DNA of 64,000 nt, taken from NCBI GenBank assembly GCA_002633005.1, contig NMRA01000557.1, positions 205,679 to 269,678 of the forward strand, written 5' to 3'. Below the pieces are notes generated by a model. The model did not search any database. It was not told the origin of the DNA and saw only the letters and a program-made list of their open reading frames with translations. Each line of letters opens with the position of its first letter. The stretch's first letter is position 1. This DNA is from Phoronis australis (lineage: Eukaryota; Animalia; Phoronida). Position numbers and translations under genes: made by a program. Of the stretch, positions 1-14,600 are shown one piece after another.

Positions 1-1189
1 CAACCAAGATATCTATTCGCATGAGGCAACTTAGTGGACGATCTGGAGAACACTGTATCTGTTGATTGCTTTATAAACTGTAAGTTTCAAGTAAATTGAA
101 TTCCGCAAAGATTTTCAAACCGACAGCTGCTACACCTCTACGTCACGCATGTGCATGTCCCGCGTCTAAATTCACTGTGCGTCTTATATGATATTTGAAG
201 GGAGATTACAGTGTCATTGACGTTGGTGTTTGAGGGATACTATCGGCGAGAAAAGTAATTTTCTCGAACCTTCTCAGTGTCGATCAGCGAATGGTTAGCA
301 GAAAGACGATTTGTAACAAAATCGCAAAAACCATAACGGAAATTGTTGTTTGGTAGCACTTGTCAAAGATAATTACATGTACTTCTGAAAGTCAATCTAC
401 CATCCTACAATTATCTCAAAAATGTTGTAGTGTTATTACTTTGGAAAATACATAGATTTCGTTTCACTCAATTTCGACTACTGTGGAATTCACTAGTCGC
501 AATTTTGCTTTTTTGCGTGTAATGTCTTGTAAGTTCCTTGGTGGATATTCATGAAATTGGACTAATAAGTTGCCATCGCGTTGACGGCAGAACTTGATTT
601 ACGAAAGCAGTTGTCTCTATCTCATCTAACACCTTCAGCCAAGCCCATGATTTATAGAGATTAGCTGACTTCAGTCCTTGGCGACCTCATCAGGTCTTTG
701 ATGTGTCCAGCAGTTTGCTGGATACTATGGGAGTTGAACGTTGCACACATTCCGCCAGCTTGCTTGCATATCCTGTTAGCGCAAGATTTGCTTAATGTAA
801 GACCAAGAAGCTGTTGATGCTGTTCCCTGATGTCCACTGGTACTGTATCCTATGACTGATAAACATGGTCATGTAAAGTGATTTGTGGCACTAGTGCCGC
901 AATGCTAAATCATCTCTGGTCCCGTTACGTGTTTTTATTCTGTTTTCGTCCGGGCATATACAAAACATACTTTGTTGTGAATGTTCAGCATTTTTTAAAT
1001 CTGTTGTCCCATGGTAGCTACATTGTATATTGAGAAGAGATCAAAGGTTGAAAAGTGAACTATGAATTGCCATAAATACTTTACATAATAAGTTCTAGAA
1101 ACGGAATATCTGTTCTTCTTAATTCACAGTACAAACTGCAGTTTTGATTGGATTACAACAAAAATGATAATGGCTAAACGATATGTATA

Positions 1190-1264
1190 ACAATAATGAT
1201 AACAACAACAATACTACTACTACTACTACTATTACTATTACTACTACTAGTAATAATAATAGTA

Positions 1265-1302
<38 letters not shown>

Positions 1303-1399
1303 GATGATGATGAGAATAATGATGATGATGAGGATGATGATGATGTTGATGATGATGAGGATGATGATGATGAGGATGATGATGATGATGATGATGATG

Positions 1400-1430
<31 letters not shown>

Positions 1431-1609
1431 GAATGATGATGATGATGANAGGATGATGATGATGAAGATGAGGATGATGATGATGATGATGATGATAATG
1501 ACGATGATGATGATGATGATGAGGAGGAGGAGGATGATGATGATGAAGATGATGATGAGGAGGATGATGATGATCATGATAATGATAATAATAATATTAA
1601 TAATAATAA
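1190..1609. repeat. Compound trinucleotide microsatellite (AAC/ACT/AAT, long GAT/GAG tract, then AAT), containing one N
   Basis: Directly visible; explains the low-complexity poly-D/poly-M/poly-S ORFs in the track. Lies just 3' of PAN-gene copy A. Confidence 0.97.
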
Positions 1610-1852
1610 ATTGTGTTCATGAATGTTACAGGAGTTGCACCACGCGTTTTCCAAATAACGTACAACATTATGGTTAATAGGTTTGAATAAATTAAGAAAA
1701 ATGAATGGCATTTTACAAGTAGCAAAATCTAGTGACGTTGAGAGCTTGTTCAATGTACGCATTTCATTTCGTCTTTATTCACTTCAGAAAAAAAATACGA
1801 CTCTGCGAAAATATTTTCTATACCAACACTTTCTTGGGGACTAATTGATTTA

Positions 1853-2091
1853 TTATTTAGTGTAGACAACGCACAATGAGTCGACGGGACCTTCAGTAGT
1901 CGGGATCTCACACGACTTGTACTTTAAGTGGCACGCCGTTCCTTTACACAGAACAAATGCCACGCAGTTATTGTAGTTGTTACACATCCGCGCACAGGAA
2001 ACTGCATTGGAATTGATGATTTTACGAATATCGTTTCCGTGACAGTCTCCACACTTGACGTCATAACCAGAAACTTCGGTGATGACGCAAC
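1853..2091 (-). CDS. Secreted PAN/Apple-like protein copy A, exon 2 (last coding exon)
   Basis: Translation GCVITEVSGYDVKCGDCHGNDIRKI...CARMCNNYNNCVAF...CHLKYKSC...CVVYTK* has the PAN/Apple pattern (DCxGNDI; CxxxCxxxxxCxAF; CxLK). Acceptor ttttcag|GT is phase 1 and fits the exon-1 donor. Clear paralog at 61038-61279. Confidence 0.82.
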
Positions 2092-3310
2092 CTGAAAAGT
2101 GTATATAAATATATGTACGCCTCATAGTATAGCCATGCATTACGGGTCGTATGGAGTGGTGGAAAAACTAATTTTCCGTATTTAATAATCATTCAATACT
2201 GATTTTCCGTATTTAGAATACGTTGAATACGGATGCCTTCTTTTTCGCCAAAATAACCTCGCAGGTAGAAACATGATTGTATATATAGCATTGCTTCAGG
2301 TTTAGCTCCGTGCGCAAAATTTTAACACGTCAACACTATGATATGCGTTTTTAAAACTAAAGAGTAAAATGAAATAAAACAAATATTGTTTACAACTTCT
2401 TAATTTACTGTGAAGTTTTGTACCTGAACAGAACACTTAATAAATCACAAGAAGTATCGAAATTGTCACAATATTTTTGGAATTAGGAAAGCTATAAACA
2501 TGACCAATTGATGGACTACACCAGACGAGGTTTTTCTACGGTAAAATATGAGTCAATTTTAAATTTGTTCACAAAACAATCAAAATATGTTGAGCCCAAA
2601 AGCAAAACTACCTAAAATTTATAAGGCCGCTCGCAAAGAGAATTTTTAAGAAGCGTCTGAACGTGCATCAGCCAGCATCAGGAGTTAGCCCCGAGGGTGA
2701 TAATTCTGCAAAATCCACGAGGGCTCTAGATAAGGGGGATAACGACTGAGAACATGAAATAATCTATTTATACCACATACTGAACGAGAAACATTGCAAT
2801 GAATCGATCTACCTTTCTCGACTCCCCTCGGCTGTGTAACTACTTTCTATATCAGAGGCCCGGGGTTGGAGGTCGTGACCTTCTAAGAAAAGCCGAGCTA
2901 TTTTTGTCAAATAATGCTTTTACTCAAAACGAATTGAAGAATAAAACAAAATAGAAATAAAGTGAATCTATAATATGAGGTTTAGCAACTATTATAGCTT
3001 ACTACACGTTTTATCACGCTAAGCTTCGACCACGAAAATATCGTCTGCTAATGTAGGTTAACACTAGTGACTATAATGCTCACATCAAAGGATCCCGACG
3101 ACACGACACCCACATTCAAATTGGAGATCGGTGATTTACAAGTGAGAGAACACGAGAGAAAATTTCACTGAATTAAAATATCGTTTTTGTGGAAATTATG
3201 CGTCTTATTTTTCATAGCAAAGAAATGTCGGTGCAATGCCCTTTGCTGAAGATGTGATTGTGGCGCGTGCTCATTTAGGTACTATATTTTCACGTTCGAT
3301 GCCGTCAGCC

Positions 3311-3380
3311 GCTGAGTGGTGTAGTGGTTAAGTCGGAGACTCGAAGCTCTTGAGGCCCGGGTTCGAAACCGGCCTCGGTT
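3311..3380 (+). mobile_element. tRNA-derived SINE head / tRNA pseudogene in the intron of PAN gene A
   Basis: Pol III A box TGGTGTAGTGG, B box GGTTCGAAACC, T-stem CCGG/CCGG and partial acceptor stem GCTGAG/CTCGGT; the anticodon arm pairs poorly. Confidence 0.65.
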
Positions 3381-4685
3381 TCCCGCCTAAATGTTATCTC
3401 ACTAGTGAGATAACTTTATGGGTTATTACACGGTTGCATCTGCCATTCGAGGCTAATGTTGTTGTTTAAATGTACTTAATTGCGATTTTCGGAAGTTTGA
3501 AACCATCAAAATAGCTAGTGCGCTACAGAAATTATCGTGTTGGTGATTTCTTTTAGACTGGAGAAAGACCTAGCCGCTGTACACGTATCTCATACAAACT
3601 GGTGGATATGAAAACCGCAAACTGGAATCCACATCTGCAGAATCAAAAGAAATGCTCGAAATTTTTGACGCTACGTTAGTGTATATTGGACGTGACTCTC
3701 ATACAGTATATCGCCAGAATCGCTAGTGAAGGGCGCACTTAACAGGTCGTGAAGTCCACCAGCACCGGTCAATGTTGCATGCGGTACATGTACCTTACCA
3801 CAATCAATGTTTGTGGGCATCAACGTTTATAATTCATTTTGCAAAGGAGTTATGTCGAGCTTTCATTTTAAGTGGTAAACGTTATTGTGACCACTCTCTA
3901 AAATTAAAAGTGGGCATTCCAATTTTTCAGGGTTAAAATATTGGAGTGCTCCCCGTACATGTACATGTAACAATAGCGTACTTTTCAACGCAGTAGGTGC
4001 CGCTCTAGGGATGCTCATGTACTGTCAAATGTCCACCGCGTCATTGTAGGAAAACTCGCTCAAACTTGAACATTGCATGATATTACCAGTGGTCCATCAC
4101 ATTCGTGTACATATATATGTAAATACATGTGCGGTATTCAATAAGCAATGAAATATGTTTCGAAATACTGAAAAGTAAGGCCAATCCGTATGCAGTAGAG
4201 ACCGTACTTTCACGGTTAGTGTGCAACCTCTTGGATGAGTTAATTCGCGTGTACAACACCAACTTTGATTGGATTCGTTCATTTGGATTACCTAAAACAT
4301 TGATCCATGGTGTCGTTCCTGAAGAAAGTTTTACTGATCTAAAACAGCGAAGATTTACTGTTGAATATTCTGACGCTCTGTGCTGCGTTTGCACTACATT
4401 TTTCCATTGATTTTCGGGAAGTCTGTCGTGGTTCGCAATTTCGTCCCTGCGTGGCATTGTGATTGGCTGGTGCTTAATCTTTGACTGGAATCATTCATCA
4501 TCTAAGCTAAAGCAGCAGGCAACCACGCGCATCATGTAGTGGCGAGATTGCAAACCTCGCTAGAGCAGCATATTATCACGTATGTCACGCAATGGCAAAA
4601 TTGCTACCTCGCCAGAATTTCTTTTCCTTTCTGTATTTTAGAAGTATGTGCTAACAAATCGAAATAAACTACCATTGCGCACACG

Positions 4686-5578
4686 GGTATTGTTCTAAAA
4701 CCCCCACGACCCAGACACCCCATGACCCCTTGACCCAGTCCTTGACTGACGACCTCCTCGACTCACGACCCTCTCTGCCCACGGCCCACGACTTTCTTGA
4801 CCCAAGCTACACAAGCTCAACTCGATCTGAAAATTGTGCTGACTTGCAGGGCCAACGATTCGGGCCGTGAGATCGGCTGGCTTTTTTGTTGTTTGTTCCC
4901 CAATTAAGAGTCGATTCGGCAAGTTTGAAAGTCAAAAACAGAAGAAAAACAACTTGACTAAATCAAGCCAAAGACCTACCAACGTTACAAATGTCGTTCC
5001 CGATAAAGTGTTATCGTCTGCTTATCAGTGAAAGACAATTTCAAGCTTTTGGGGAGGGTGCGAGGAACCGACGAATACGTAATTTCTCCAGGATACAAAG
5101 TTTTATAACACTAACTAGTTTTAACTAAGGAAGTATTTCAATGTTACATGGAGTATGTTGTAAACGCGTATGTAATAGAAAGCAAATAATAAAAGTGTGA
5201 AACTATGTCCATTAACGTCACTTACTCTATCCCAAATTTTAGTAGTACAGGGTCATTGGTAGCTGCTCGTGGAACTACTTCCGTGACAACAATAACACAG
5301 TCACAATTTCCTATTTGAAATCATGTTCTTATGCCACTTTCTGTTTTTAACCACTAGGCAAGAGGTAGAGTAGATTTTTGTGTACATAAGCCTTATTGAA
5401 AAGTCATTCAGCGGCGTAGGGCCTAATAAGATTATGAAATATGTAATAAGCGCAAAGATACATCTATTTTCACAGGCCGTGGGTCGACGGGGTTGTGGGT
5501 TGACTTTAGTAAGGCTTGTGGGTGGAGGGGGTCGTGAGATTCGGGGGTAGACGGACTCGAGGTGTTTTAAGAACAATC
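4686..5578. mobile_element. Non-autonomous DNA element (MITE-like) with short TIR and C-rich/G-rich subterminal repeats
   Basis: Left ggtattgttctaaaaccccc vs right (reverse complement) ggattgttcttaaaacacc; (C)GACC(C) repeats on the left are mirrored by GGTCG/GGGT repeats on the right. A similar right end occurs at about 44570-44672. Confidence 0.5.
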
Positions 5579-6001
5579 CAGCACACGGGAATATGCCAAC
5601 AGGAGCAACACACACTGTTAGCGATTTACTGGAGAAAATAAATGGTATTTCTGGGTTTGCAAGAGATCTATCAGTTGTCATTCTTTGAGACCAAGCTCGG
5701 CGGTTGAAACAATGTGTGACAAGTCAACTTGCAGAGGTGGACCTCAAAAACCAACGGAGTATCCGTTCCTTCGTGGCTCTTGACAAAAACTAGAAGAGAC
5801 CAATTTCATGACGGCATGTATTCTAAATCAATAGTTGATTCTTGTGATGAAAAGCAGTCCTATATCCACCCCCACAAGTCTCAACTTCCAGAACTACCCT
5901 CATTTACAGAAATTGATGGAAGTGGGTGACGTTTTATTACACTATGCATGCTAGGGTCGTCCAATCAAATTTTGTGTTTGCGACTTCAGATGGTATCATA
6001 C

Positions 6002-6350
6002 CTGGAACGAGTCCACTTTTCTCATAATAATTCCACTCAGCGTCTGTTAGTTCTTGGTCTTCTCCGGTGCGCTGCTGGTAATTGAACCTGAATGTGCGAC
6101 ATTCCATACGCTGCAGCGAATATGCAAAGGCATAACAGTCCTTGACAGCTAAACAGACAAACACGCACTCCAAACCAGTATATGTGGTTGATCTTGAGAG
6201 TAACTCTGCATTTCCCGAGATTATTCCTCTTTTCAGATCGAAGGACTGGCCGCAAGTTTCACCGTGGGATGAACCAATAAACAAGTTCAAGACGAGAGAA
6301 AATTTGAGGGAAAAAATCCATAACATCGTTTTGCTATGCATGACATCCAT
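6002..6350 (-). CDS. Secreted PAN/Apple-like protein copy A, exon 1 (signal peptide + first PAN-like domain)
   Basis: MDVMHSKTMLWIFSLKFSLVLNLFIGSSHG-ETCG is a signal-peptide-like leader, followed by LECVFVCLAVKDCYAFAYS...ECR...WNYYE (PAN-like). Donor CCAG|gtatga at 6002/6001 is phase 1. The start could also be the ATG at 6341 or 6326. Confidence 0.8.
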
Positions 6351-7389
6351 GCTGATGTGCTGTAGATTTAACTGCGAAAATGTGCCCTCACGATAAGACA
6401 ACTGTAAAATGGACGGTTATCTTCCTGAAGATTCATTTTTCCTGAAGGACTTTCAAAATCTGCACCGTGACTAAAAGTGGCCAATATGTACATAGCATTG
6501 ACTATCAGTATTCAAGCAGTATTTGAAGGACTGTGACAAAGGTATTTCAAACATAAAACGAAAGCCAGGCTTGAATACTAATCCCCGTAAAACCCGGATG
6601 AGGATTGCATTAAACATTGTTTGGTACCGTGACAAAACAATGCAGCTTGTTGGCAAATGGCCTGTGTCAGTACATGTTTCCTTATTTGCCTTTCTCTTGA
6701 CATTTGAAAGGAAATAGTTTTTTAATGAAGACCAACAGTCGGATCAATAAATTTCAATGCCACTATCGTTAACTACATGTATATACTGCTATTTCACAGT
6801 TCATTGTGTTGCTAACTTTATGTAATATGGTCTACCTGTGAAGCTCCGTTTGCCTTTAAAGAGGCATATAACGTGGAAGCTCGTCAAAAATCACTTACAA
6901 AAGAGAGAAATGCACGAAAAAAAAATCTGTAGTCACCACAGAGTTTATAAGTTCCCTCCCAGTTAAGATAAAAGTGTTCATGAGCTCACAGTCTTTCGGC
7001 AGACAGCTGACTGACAAAATAGACATGAAGAGCAGATTACCAAGTGCGGTTGCTTTCCGAGTCTGAGGTCGAATGAACACTGAATGAGTCCAGCCAACGA
7101 CGTAATCAGTTTTTTAAACACATCCCAACTGCATTTTAGGATATTTCTATTACAGCAATACCTTTATAATTAAGAAAATGTACACCTTTACCAAATGAAT
7201 TTTTCCGACTTGGTTAAATACTCACTTGCTGAAGGTTATTCTGTAATTTTAATAATTAAATGCTATTTTTTATTTTTCAGTTGTCTGGAATTTTCATGTA
7301 ATCAGTCACTGGGAATTGGCACAGATGGGTTGAAAGACAAAGAAGAATGCAAGTTACCACAGTTTTCAAAGAAGGTGATCTCGTTTTCT

Positions 7390-9170
7390 GCGCATGTCTG
7401 CTTTGCAATGACGAAAGTTCACCCTCAGACCCGAACCAATGCTATTCCATATTTTTCTGGGTTTTACTTGACCGGTCTGGTCATATGAACGCAGCACACT
7501 GCCATTTTACTTCTGGGTAAGTAGGGTTATTATAATGACCTAAACTTGGATTGTTGTTCAACACAGGAAGACACCAAAAATAAACCCTTTATTTTTTACA
7601 CAAATATGCTTTTTCCAAATCAGTTATACTTAGACATTCAGTCTTCGTATGTTCTTTCCAAAAGAAGTCGAATTCAGAATTTAACACATTGCGTAGGTGT
7701 GCTTTAGGGAGGTCACTTTATATGAGAAGAACCTTATTTACTTGCAACAATGTGAAATTTGAAAAATCAAAACAAGACAGCTATTAAGCTTTAATTTAAA
7801 TATACGTGCCGAGCTTTAAGTGCAAGTTAAGATTTTGAGAGGTGGTATTCGAGAAACCCTTGATTCAAAGTAGTGATCAATGGGTGCAGGAGATCATTTT
7901 GAAGCAATTCTTAAAAGGGTATCTAATGCTCTTTAAATTTAAAAGCACATATCTGCAGCAGCATGAGAAGCTGGTTAGTTCATGCTGAATTTGAAAAAAA
8001 AAATAAATGGAAGTGTAAAATGTTTATAGTAATAAGGTGCGCCCTGGGAGATATGATTTCGATCCGAGGATGCCAGTCAGAAGGCAGAAAAGAACCCTCC
8101 AAGAAAACAACTTAGACAAGGTCGCAGAGGCCACCAATGGCAAGTGTGGTGTTCTGCGCTACAACTTGCAAAACCAGACGGGAATCTGTTCAGTGGGCCA
8201 GAGATAAGCGACATTGCTGAAAAATAGATGTATCTTCAGTTGTAGGAGCATGTCTATTGAAACTGCTGAACAAGTTTTTGCTGCCTCAGATGGTACATGT
8301 AAGTGTTCCTCTGATTCCATTGAGTCATTATGGAAATTCCAACAACTGGCAGTTATTGATCTTGCGCGAGCAACAATCGGTCAATCATAAGCGTCTCTTA
8401 GTAAATTCCCGTCGTCTGGACCAGTTGACATCTTCACGCATTGGCAAATGTTCTCAGCAAGTTAACAACAATATGGTAATGACTGGTTCTACTCACAGCA
8501 CTGTTGCCAGTATTATGGGTTACTATCAACAACCATGTGTCTCAGCTAAGATGGGTTCAAGTAAAGAAAGATGTGCATTAAAACTATTCCAGGAAGCAAC
8601 GTGCTCAGCACAGAGACAACTCCAAGTCCAACAGGCCTTCTGGTGTCAACGAAATCACCTTTCATAGCAGCCAGTCCCGATGGAACAGAGGTAGTCTCTT
8701 GCAGTTGCTGTGACAGTGGATGTCGCCAAATGAAGTGCCCATGGAAATACCAACATCAGTCTGTGCCACATTATATAAAGCAGCCACATTACTGTATCTA
8801 GTTAGCTGATAATGGCATAACCGTAAAGGCTGGTCATAGGTCTTATGCACAAATCAGACAAACATGTAGGCCTACTGTGATAAAAAATGGTGTGACTTTT
8901 GGTTTACACGCATGAGCGGCAAAGCACTGACATGAGCGGGGGGGGGGCTACACATGTATACATGTAGTTCCTACGCTACCTATGATGCACGCGCCCATGT
9001 CCATGGGTGGCGCAGCATTGAAATAAGCGGTGCTGCGCCCGTGACGGAGCGGCTAAGACGGACAACATCATTGTTTCAAGAGTAGTCATAAACGAACAAT
9101 TTATTGATAAACTCGTTCAAACGGCTTCAATAATATTTGAAACGTGCATCATCCCTGAACTGGAGTTGAT
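7390..9170 (+). pseudogene. Decayed SWIM zinc finger + YqaJ (lambda-exonuclease-like) gene, transposon accessory type (ISL2EU/Kolobok-type)
   Basis: Frameshifted pieces: TKVHPQ...PYF.WVLLDRSGHMNAAHCHFTSG|gtaagt (SWIM); QLTSSRIG...VASIMGY; TGLLVSTKSPFIAASPDG.VSCSCCDSGCRQMKCPWKY; HRSYAQI...WCDF.VYT; IIVSRVVINEQF...IIPEL. These match the YqaJ motifs in the expected order. Confidence 0.78.
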
Positions 9171-9517
9171 ATTAGCCCAGGATAAAGTACAAATCCTTTA
9201 TAATGTCCGAATAGTCACGAGCACTTTATTTTTGAGAGTTGGTCAAAAAGGTACAAGAAGGAGAGCATTAAATAATAACAAAGGTTTGGCATTGAGATAT
9301 CAACAGGAATATGTTAATGCAGATGAACTTGATTAAATGTACATGTATGAGAAGGAACCTTTGGAATATGTGCGTTGTTGCAATAGTTTGTTGTAACCAT
9401 GATAGACTTACATACGTTATGGGACTTTGGTAATTGTACTTGTTATCGACGTATTAAAATTCATAAAAGGGCGGAACGCTGTTAAGAGGTACAACTGAAA
9501 TTCACGTTGCTCAGGTC

Positions 9518-9933
9518 AAGCAAAAAATCCATTGTTACGGTGTGCAGTCTTCCTTTACCATGACTATATCTGTGCTCGCCATATCTACTGCACAGAACCA
9601 GGCCTTAATCTTCGGCCGACGGACGGATTTTTGTGGTGCCAATTTAGCGCTGGTGTAAACCTTTGCCATGTTTATTGCCAATACTAAAAGAGAGAACACA
9701 GAACGTTAATTGCGTTTTAGTACGCCTACATGCACATGCACGTGTCTCTACGCCCCATTACACCGTAACTTACTGTACGTAGACGCGCCATTAAAAATTA
9801 AAAGGCCGTTGTATGACTGATGTGTCTGTGTGTGTCTACGCACTACGACAGCACTACCTGCATGTAACAGTTGCATTCACTAAAGCATGTAGTTCATGTC
9901 ATCAACCACGGATGTCATTCAATAAATATGTTA
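9518..9933 (+). repeat. Old dispersed repeat, diverged copy 1 (copy 2 at about 46912-47330)
   Basis: Collinear shared blocks: ccattg(t/c)tacggtg, aatcttcggcc, gtgccaatttagcg, cagcactacct, aaagcatgtagt, acggatgt...tcaataaatatgt. Confidence 0.75.
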
Positions 9934-11394
9934 AAGATGATATTCTCATTAAAACCATGAATATCTAAATTTGTAGCAAGAGTCACCTAGTGACTTCCTG
10001 GAGAACTGTGTGTACAAGTATAATCAATAAAGAAACAATTCGTAAATATTGCGGTTTTAAAGGCAACGCTGCAGCTGATACATGTACATGTACAGTGTAC
10101 ACTTAAAAACAAGTGTCAACGTACAGAAAACCCTAATAATTCCCAATATTTTACACAATTGCTAGTTGATAGTGAAATAAACAAATAATTAAAACTGTTC
10201 GTTGTACAATTAGGGCAGCGGTGAAATATTAAAGTACTCGTCTTACATAAAAACTGTCTTACAAAGCGGGACTTTCGCGAGATTGTAATGCTAACTAGTT
10301 CTTGGATGATTTTTGGCACTCTGAAAAACCCGGGGTTGTTTGCAAACTAGTAGTTCATGTGCATAATCCCAACTTAATTAATGGGACATACAACTATTGC
10401 ATCTTTAAAATCATTGATTTTTTCTTGAAACAAAACAAATTCAGGGGAATTCATTGTCCAGTTATTAATGGTCAAAATATTGAAAATGATAGCTTAACTC
10501 TAAACCATATTAGTTGTTTTTCCACAAACATATTTTTCAAAATCATTTTTATAGAAAAATGTTGGTTTTACGCTGCAAAAGGAAACTGTAGTAAAACATA
10601 TGCAGCAGTTAGCCGGTTCTAAAATACAAATAAAGTCACATTTGCCCGTGTTGCGCTCCAAACAAATGCTGATTCATAGTTATTATCAAAACACTGAAAT
10701 CCTGAAAGCGATCGCTGATAGGCTGATATTGCATTGACATGGGTGGCGAGTCTTCGAATGCTTATCACTTATTTTTGTGCCATATTGTGAAGAATTTACA
10801 TCGTATTTTATCATCATCAGCCGTGCTGACTTGCATTTTACTGTTTGCCATAGTTTTGTAAAAGACTCGAAATGCCTTTTTATGAATCCTGGTTGTTCAA
10901 ACTTTTGAAACAGACTCTATTCAAAGGGGTAGGACATTGGCATACCATCGATTGCCTCATAGGGGCTTGGGTTTATCTGTTCCTCAATCACCACTGACGC
11001 AACTCATTACTATAAAAACATGAATGTTGGACACTAAAATTCGGTTTGCTCAGCATTTTCTACTCAATTTTTCATACATGTAGAACTCCCTGAAATCAGC
11101 ATTTTGACCGAACAAATACCTTCATTCACATCATCACTTTGTAGTGGTGATTTTACGACACAAATGTCAGAAAACGCCAAAATTACCAATTGGGGATAAA
11201 TTTCTTGACTTTGGCGTAGGAGTTGCTTGCTCAAACTCAGAATATTATCTTCGACAGGCGTACAAGTTGAAGCACAACTAGAATCTGCCATGTTAACTCT
11301 TTGGGTCCTTGAATTCAAAACTTTGAGTGTGTTTTGAAATTTTTGCCACCAATTCATCACCCCAGTGATATATTGATGGGGTCAAGGAAAGATA

Positions 11395-11600
11395 AGGCTT
11401 CGGAAGAAATATCCAGAGGTGGTTGACAACTACCAGAAGTACGACTGCAGAGTGTGGTGTTTTCCCATGGAAGTGAAATCCAGAAGTTTCGTGGGACAAT
11501 CTATGTCAGGTATTACATTGAGACAAAGGAAGACAGTGGTGGGTGACATAGGATACCAGGATGAAAGAGCATCGCGGTAGTTGTGGAAATGAAGAACAGT
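11395..11600 (+). mobile_element. 3' fragment of an RLE-type non-LTR retrotransposon (HERO/NeSL-like)
   Basis: Translates as RLRKKYPEVVDNYQKYDCRVWCFPMEVKSRSFVGQSMSGITLRQRKTVVGDIGYQDERASR*LWK*R. This resembles the RLE C-terminus K..KY..L...C...GW....PVEVGCRGF.GQS...AE.ASRWLW. Confidence 0.62.
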
Positions 11601-14600
11601 GCATTGAGACAGAAAAGCTCTAGCGTCCCTGAAGCTGCTGGAGGGAACTACAGTTTATGAGAACAAATGCCAATATACTATCGTGATTGCCTCGTTTGGC
11701 GCAACTCTGAAGGCTGTTGTGGACAGTGACAAAACAGCCAAGGAAGGAGGACTTCCAACTCGTGAGAGAACTGGCGTCGTCTTACCAGAAGTTTTCAGAC
11801 AACTCAACGGGATCGTTGTGTCACGTCTGCGCTCCTCAATCAATATTAGTATAGCTGGTTGCGTCACAGGTAATTTTAGCCACTTGGCAAACCCAATACA
11901 CAGATTTTGAACAATTTACCAATGGCGCTTGTTTACATGGGCATCTCTACATGTACAGGTACATGTATGCATCTTCAATATTGTGAAGCAATATCTGAAT
12001 ATAATTGACAGTCAATGCGCTATCAGAATAAAAATACTTATATTCATTAAATGGCACTTCGACTCAGCTAGCAAGTGTTATCTGAATTTCTTTATTCAGA
12101 TTAGGAACGATTTCGGATCCCTTGGTGCCATGCAGGCCTCAAACTTGATAGTACCATCTTGTAAGAATTTATATCAGTTTGACTAAGGACGGCATCAAAT
12201 TTTAAAAATGAGGTCAAGCATCTTAGCTTTGATACAGCAACAATTGGCCACTTCATAAGTTAGTAATCTAAGAACTTGTGAGCTCTGATAAGCGGCATTG
12301 ACGTACAGTATATACGGGTACAACGGGCGGGGAATATGACGCACTGATCGATCAATGCAAACCCCTCTCCGTGCGGTAGGTAACATTAGCTGCAGTACGG
12401 TAGAAACTAATTCATTCTATGATTGTGAGGCTGGCCCCGTTTCCTACACCTGCTCATCCCCAGCTGTTCCTTGCAAAGGTCCTAGGTTACTTCTCAGGGA
12501 CAGAAATGTATTCCAAATTCACTCAAGATTCCAAGTTCACAGGTTGCAACAGGAGTACTCGGCTCGTAGTAAACCACGTGCCTTCAACTCTTCGGTAAGT
12601 TTGTTGCCACACCTCTTCTGAGATAAAATGCCAATGCCTTTAAGCTTCAAAGAAAATCCACACTTGAAAGAATCTCTTGCGGAGATTCAATTGCAGCTGG
12701 GGATTCACGTGATATGCATTGCACATTTTTCCAAAAGACCAATCTTTCAAAGTTCTTGAACAAACAAAAGGTAAACAAGTGGTATGGATGTAAAATCTCA
12801 ATTGTTGGTTGTGAGAGTGACCGAAATCCGATAGATGGCGAAGTGCGTCATTTCTTCGAAACACGCCAGTCAGCTCAGCCAAGGCTGTTATTTTATGTTG
12901 TTAGGTCATTTTTTGATGCAGCAATGAGCTCATACTTATATACAGTGTAGAGGCGTTGTGGCAGCGGTGTAAAGAAAGTTCATCACTGTGCGAAGTAACC
13001 ATCGAGGTAAAAGACAACGAGTTAAAAACTTTGCCAGGGTAGAGGTACACCTCCGAAAACTAGACCTAGCCTTCGTGCATATCACCTCTTTTTAATATAT
13101 CGTTAAGGAATTCGAGTACCGTCTTGGAGAATGGATTGCTTTTTGTTCAGTCTGAGGGGGGGTTCATTCCAAAAAGACTTTTGTTGTGTTTTGCCCTGGT
13201 GTGACGTACAGCAGACCTACGCAGCTAACCCGGGATTTTTTGGCATAGTACAGATACCTGTAGCTTATCCTCTGACACACCGCCACCCATACTGAGAAGT
13301 GGCCCTGTGGAAACATGATGCTTACAAACGTAAATCCGTGTGTGAGCATCAGTGCACCTATTTGGTGGGAAGTTTACCGATCACATCGCTACTACTCGCA
13401 CACGGCATCTATGCGCCATGGACAGCGTGTGCAAGTAGTGGTGATGTAATGCACTGTACCTGTTTGGACTCAAGCTCCTAGGATTGGGGCTTCCTTGGTT
13501 TTGTTACTTTGACACTGTCCGTTTTAATAAATCGCAACTATTCAAGTCAAAGGTCGTCGCCATGCTACGTACGTACATGTACATGTACATGTAGCAGTAA
13601 ACTGTTCGGAAAGGGTTAACCAGATTTCAAATGTCATGACGTTAGTTTCATTATCACTTGGTTATCTCTTCCTGCTTTAATCAACGGAGAATCCATGCAT
13701 TGAGCGGGAGGTGGTTCGAATTTTTAGAAAGGTGGACCTTTTGCAAACGTCAACAGTCGAGTTCTTGGTAAGGCGCTTGACGCAGGTTAATTATGAGAAA
13801 GGGAAATCTGTATCAACTACAACGATGGCTCTCAGCTCTATGTTCCTGAGATAAGACGGAACTTGTAATACCAGATGATGATGTCATGACGGTTGCTCGC
13901 AAACAACATGAATCAAATAGCGGAGTTGCAACCGAATCGATTTAACGATTGCGCATGTCCGGAAATTAGGGTGCGCAAAGGCTATTGGTATTGATTAGGG
14001 AATATGGAATGGCCGATTGGTTTGCACGACGTGTGATATGTTTGCGTTAAACTACGCTGCTGTATGTAATTCTGCAGCTATTCGCCCTAATAAGCGCCCA
14101 TGCCCCAATAAGTGTCCCAACGAGTTTTCAGACTTTGCTAAAGTAAACGCCCAGCCCACGAACAACATGCGAAAAATGCCTTACCTACACTTCTAACGTC
14201 TCCAATTTACAAAATTGAAAGATACGACAGTCCTAAATTGGTAGACCACGAGCCTCACCGTTTTGTCCATATACACTTCAAACTTAGGCCGCGATTCAAG
14301 AAAGAACGCAAATGCTCTTGCAAGGGATGTGCCCCACTATACGCGGGTCTGGACTTTGAAAACAGACGCAGCGTACTTGTCAGCGGGATCGCATTGTTTC
14401 TTTCGGGTACAGAACTTCTCAGGCCTCAACGGGAATCCAAACTTCTTTGTACACGTGACAACCGTGAATCGAAGACTAATAAGAATTAGCACGCGGCCAA
14501 GAAGCGCACGCTGCATAATGTACCGACTGTCATCGAAGACATTTAGTCGGGAAGTGTCTATTCATGAAACGGGTAACATAGCATCGGCAAGAAATAAATA

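Noticed and set aside
1119-1677. Poly-Asp/poly-Met/poly-Ser ORFs as an acidic (biomineral-type) protein
   Set aside because: Open frames on both strands simply reflect a trinucleotide microsatellite containing an N; no signal peptide or splice context.
3311-3380. Functional tRNA gene
   Set aside because: The anticodon and D stems pair poorly and it lies among repeats; better treated as a SINE head or pseudogene.
4083-4457. ORFs in the intron of PAN gene A
   Set aside because: No recognisable domain, no evident splice pairing, and no counterpart in paralog B's short intron.
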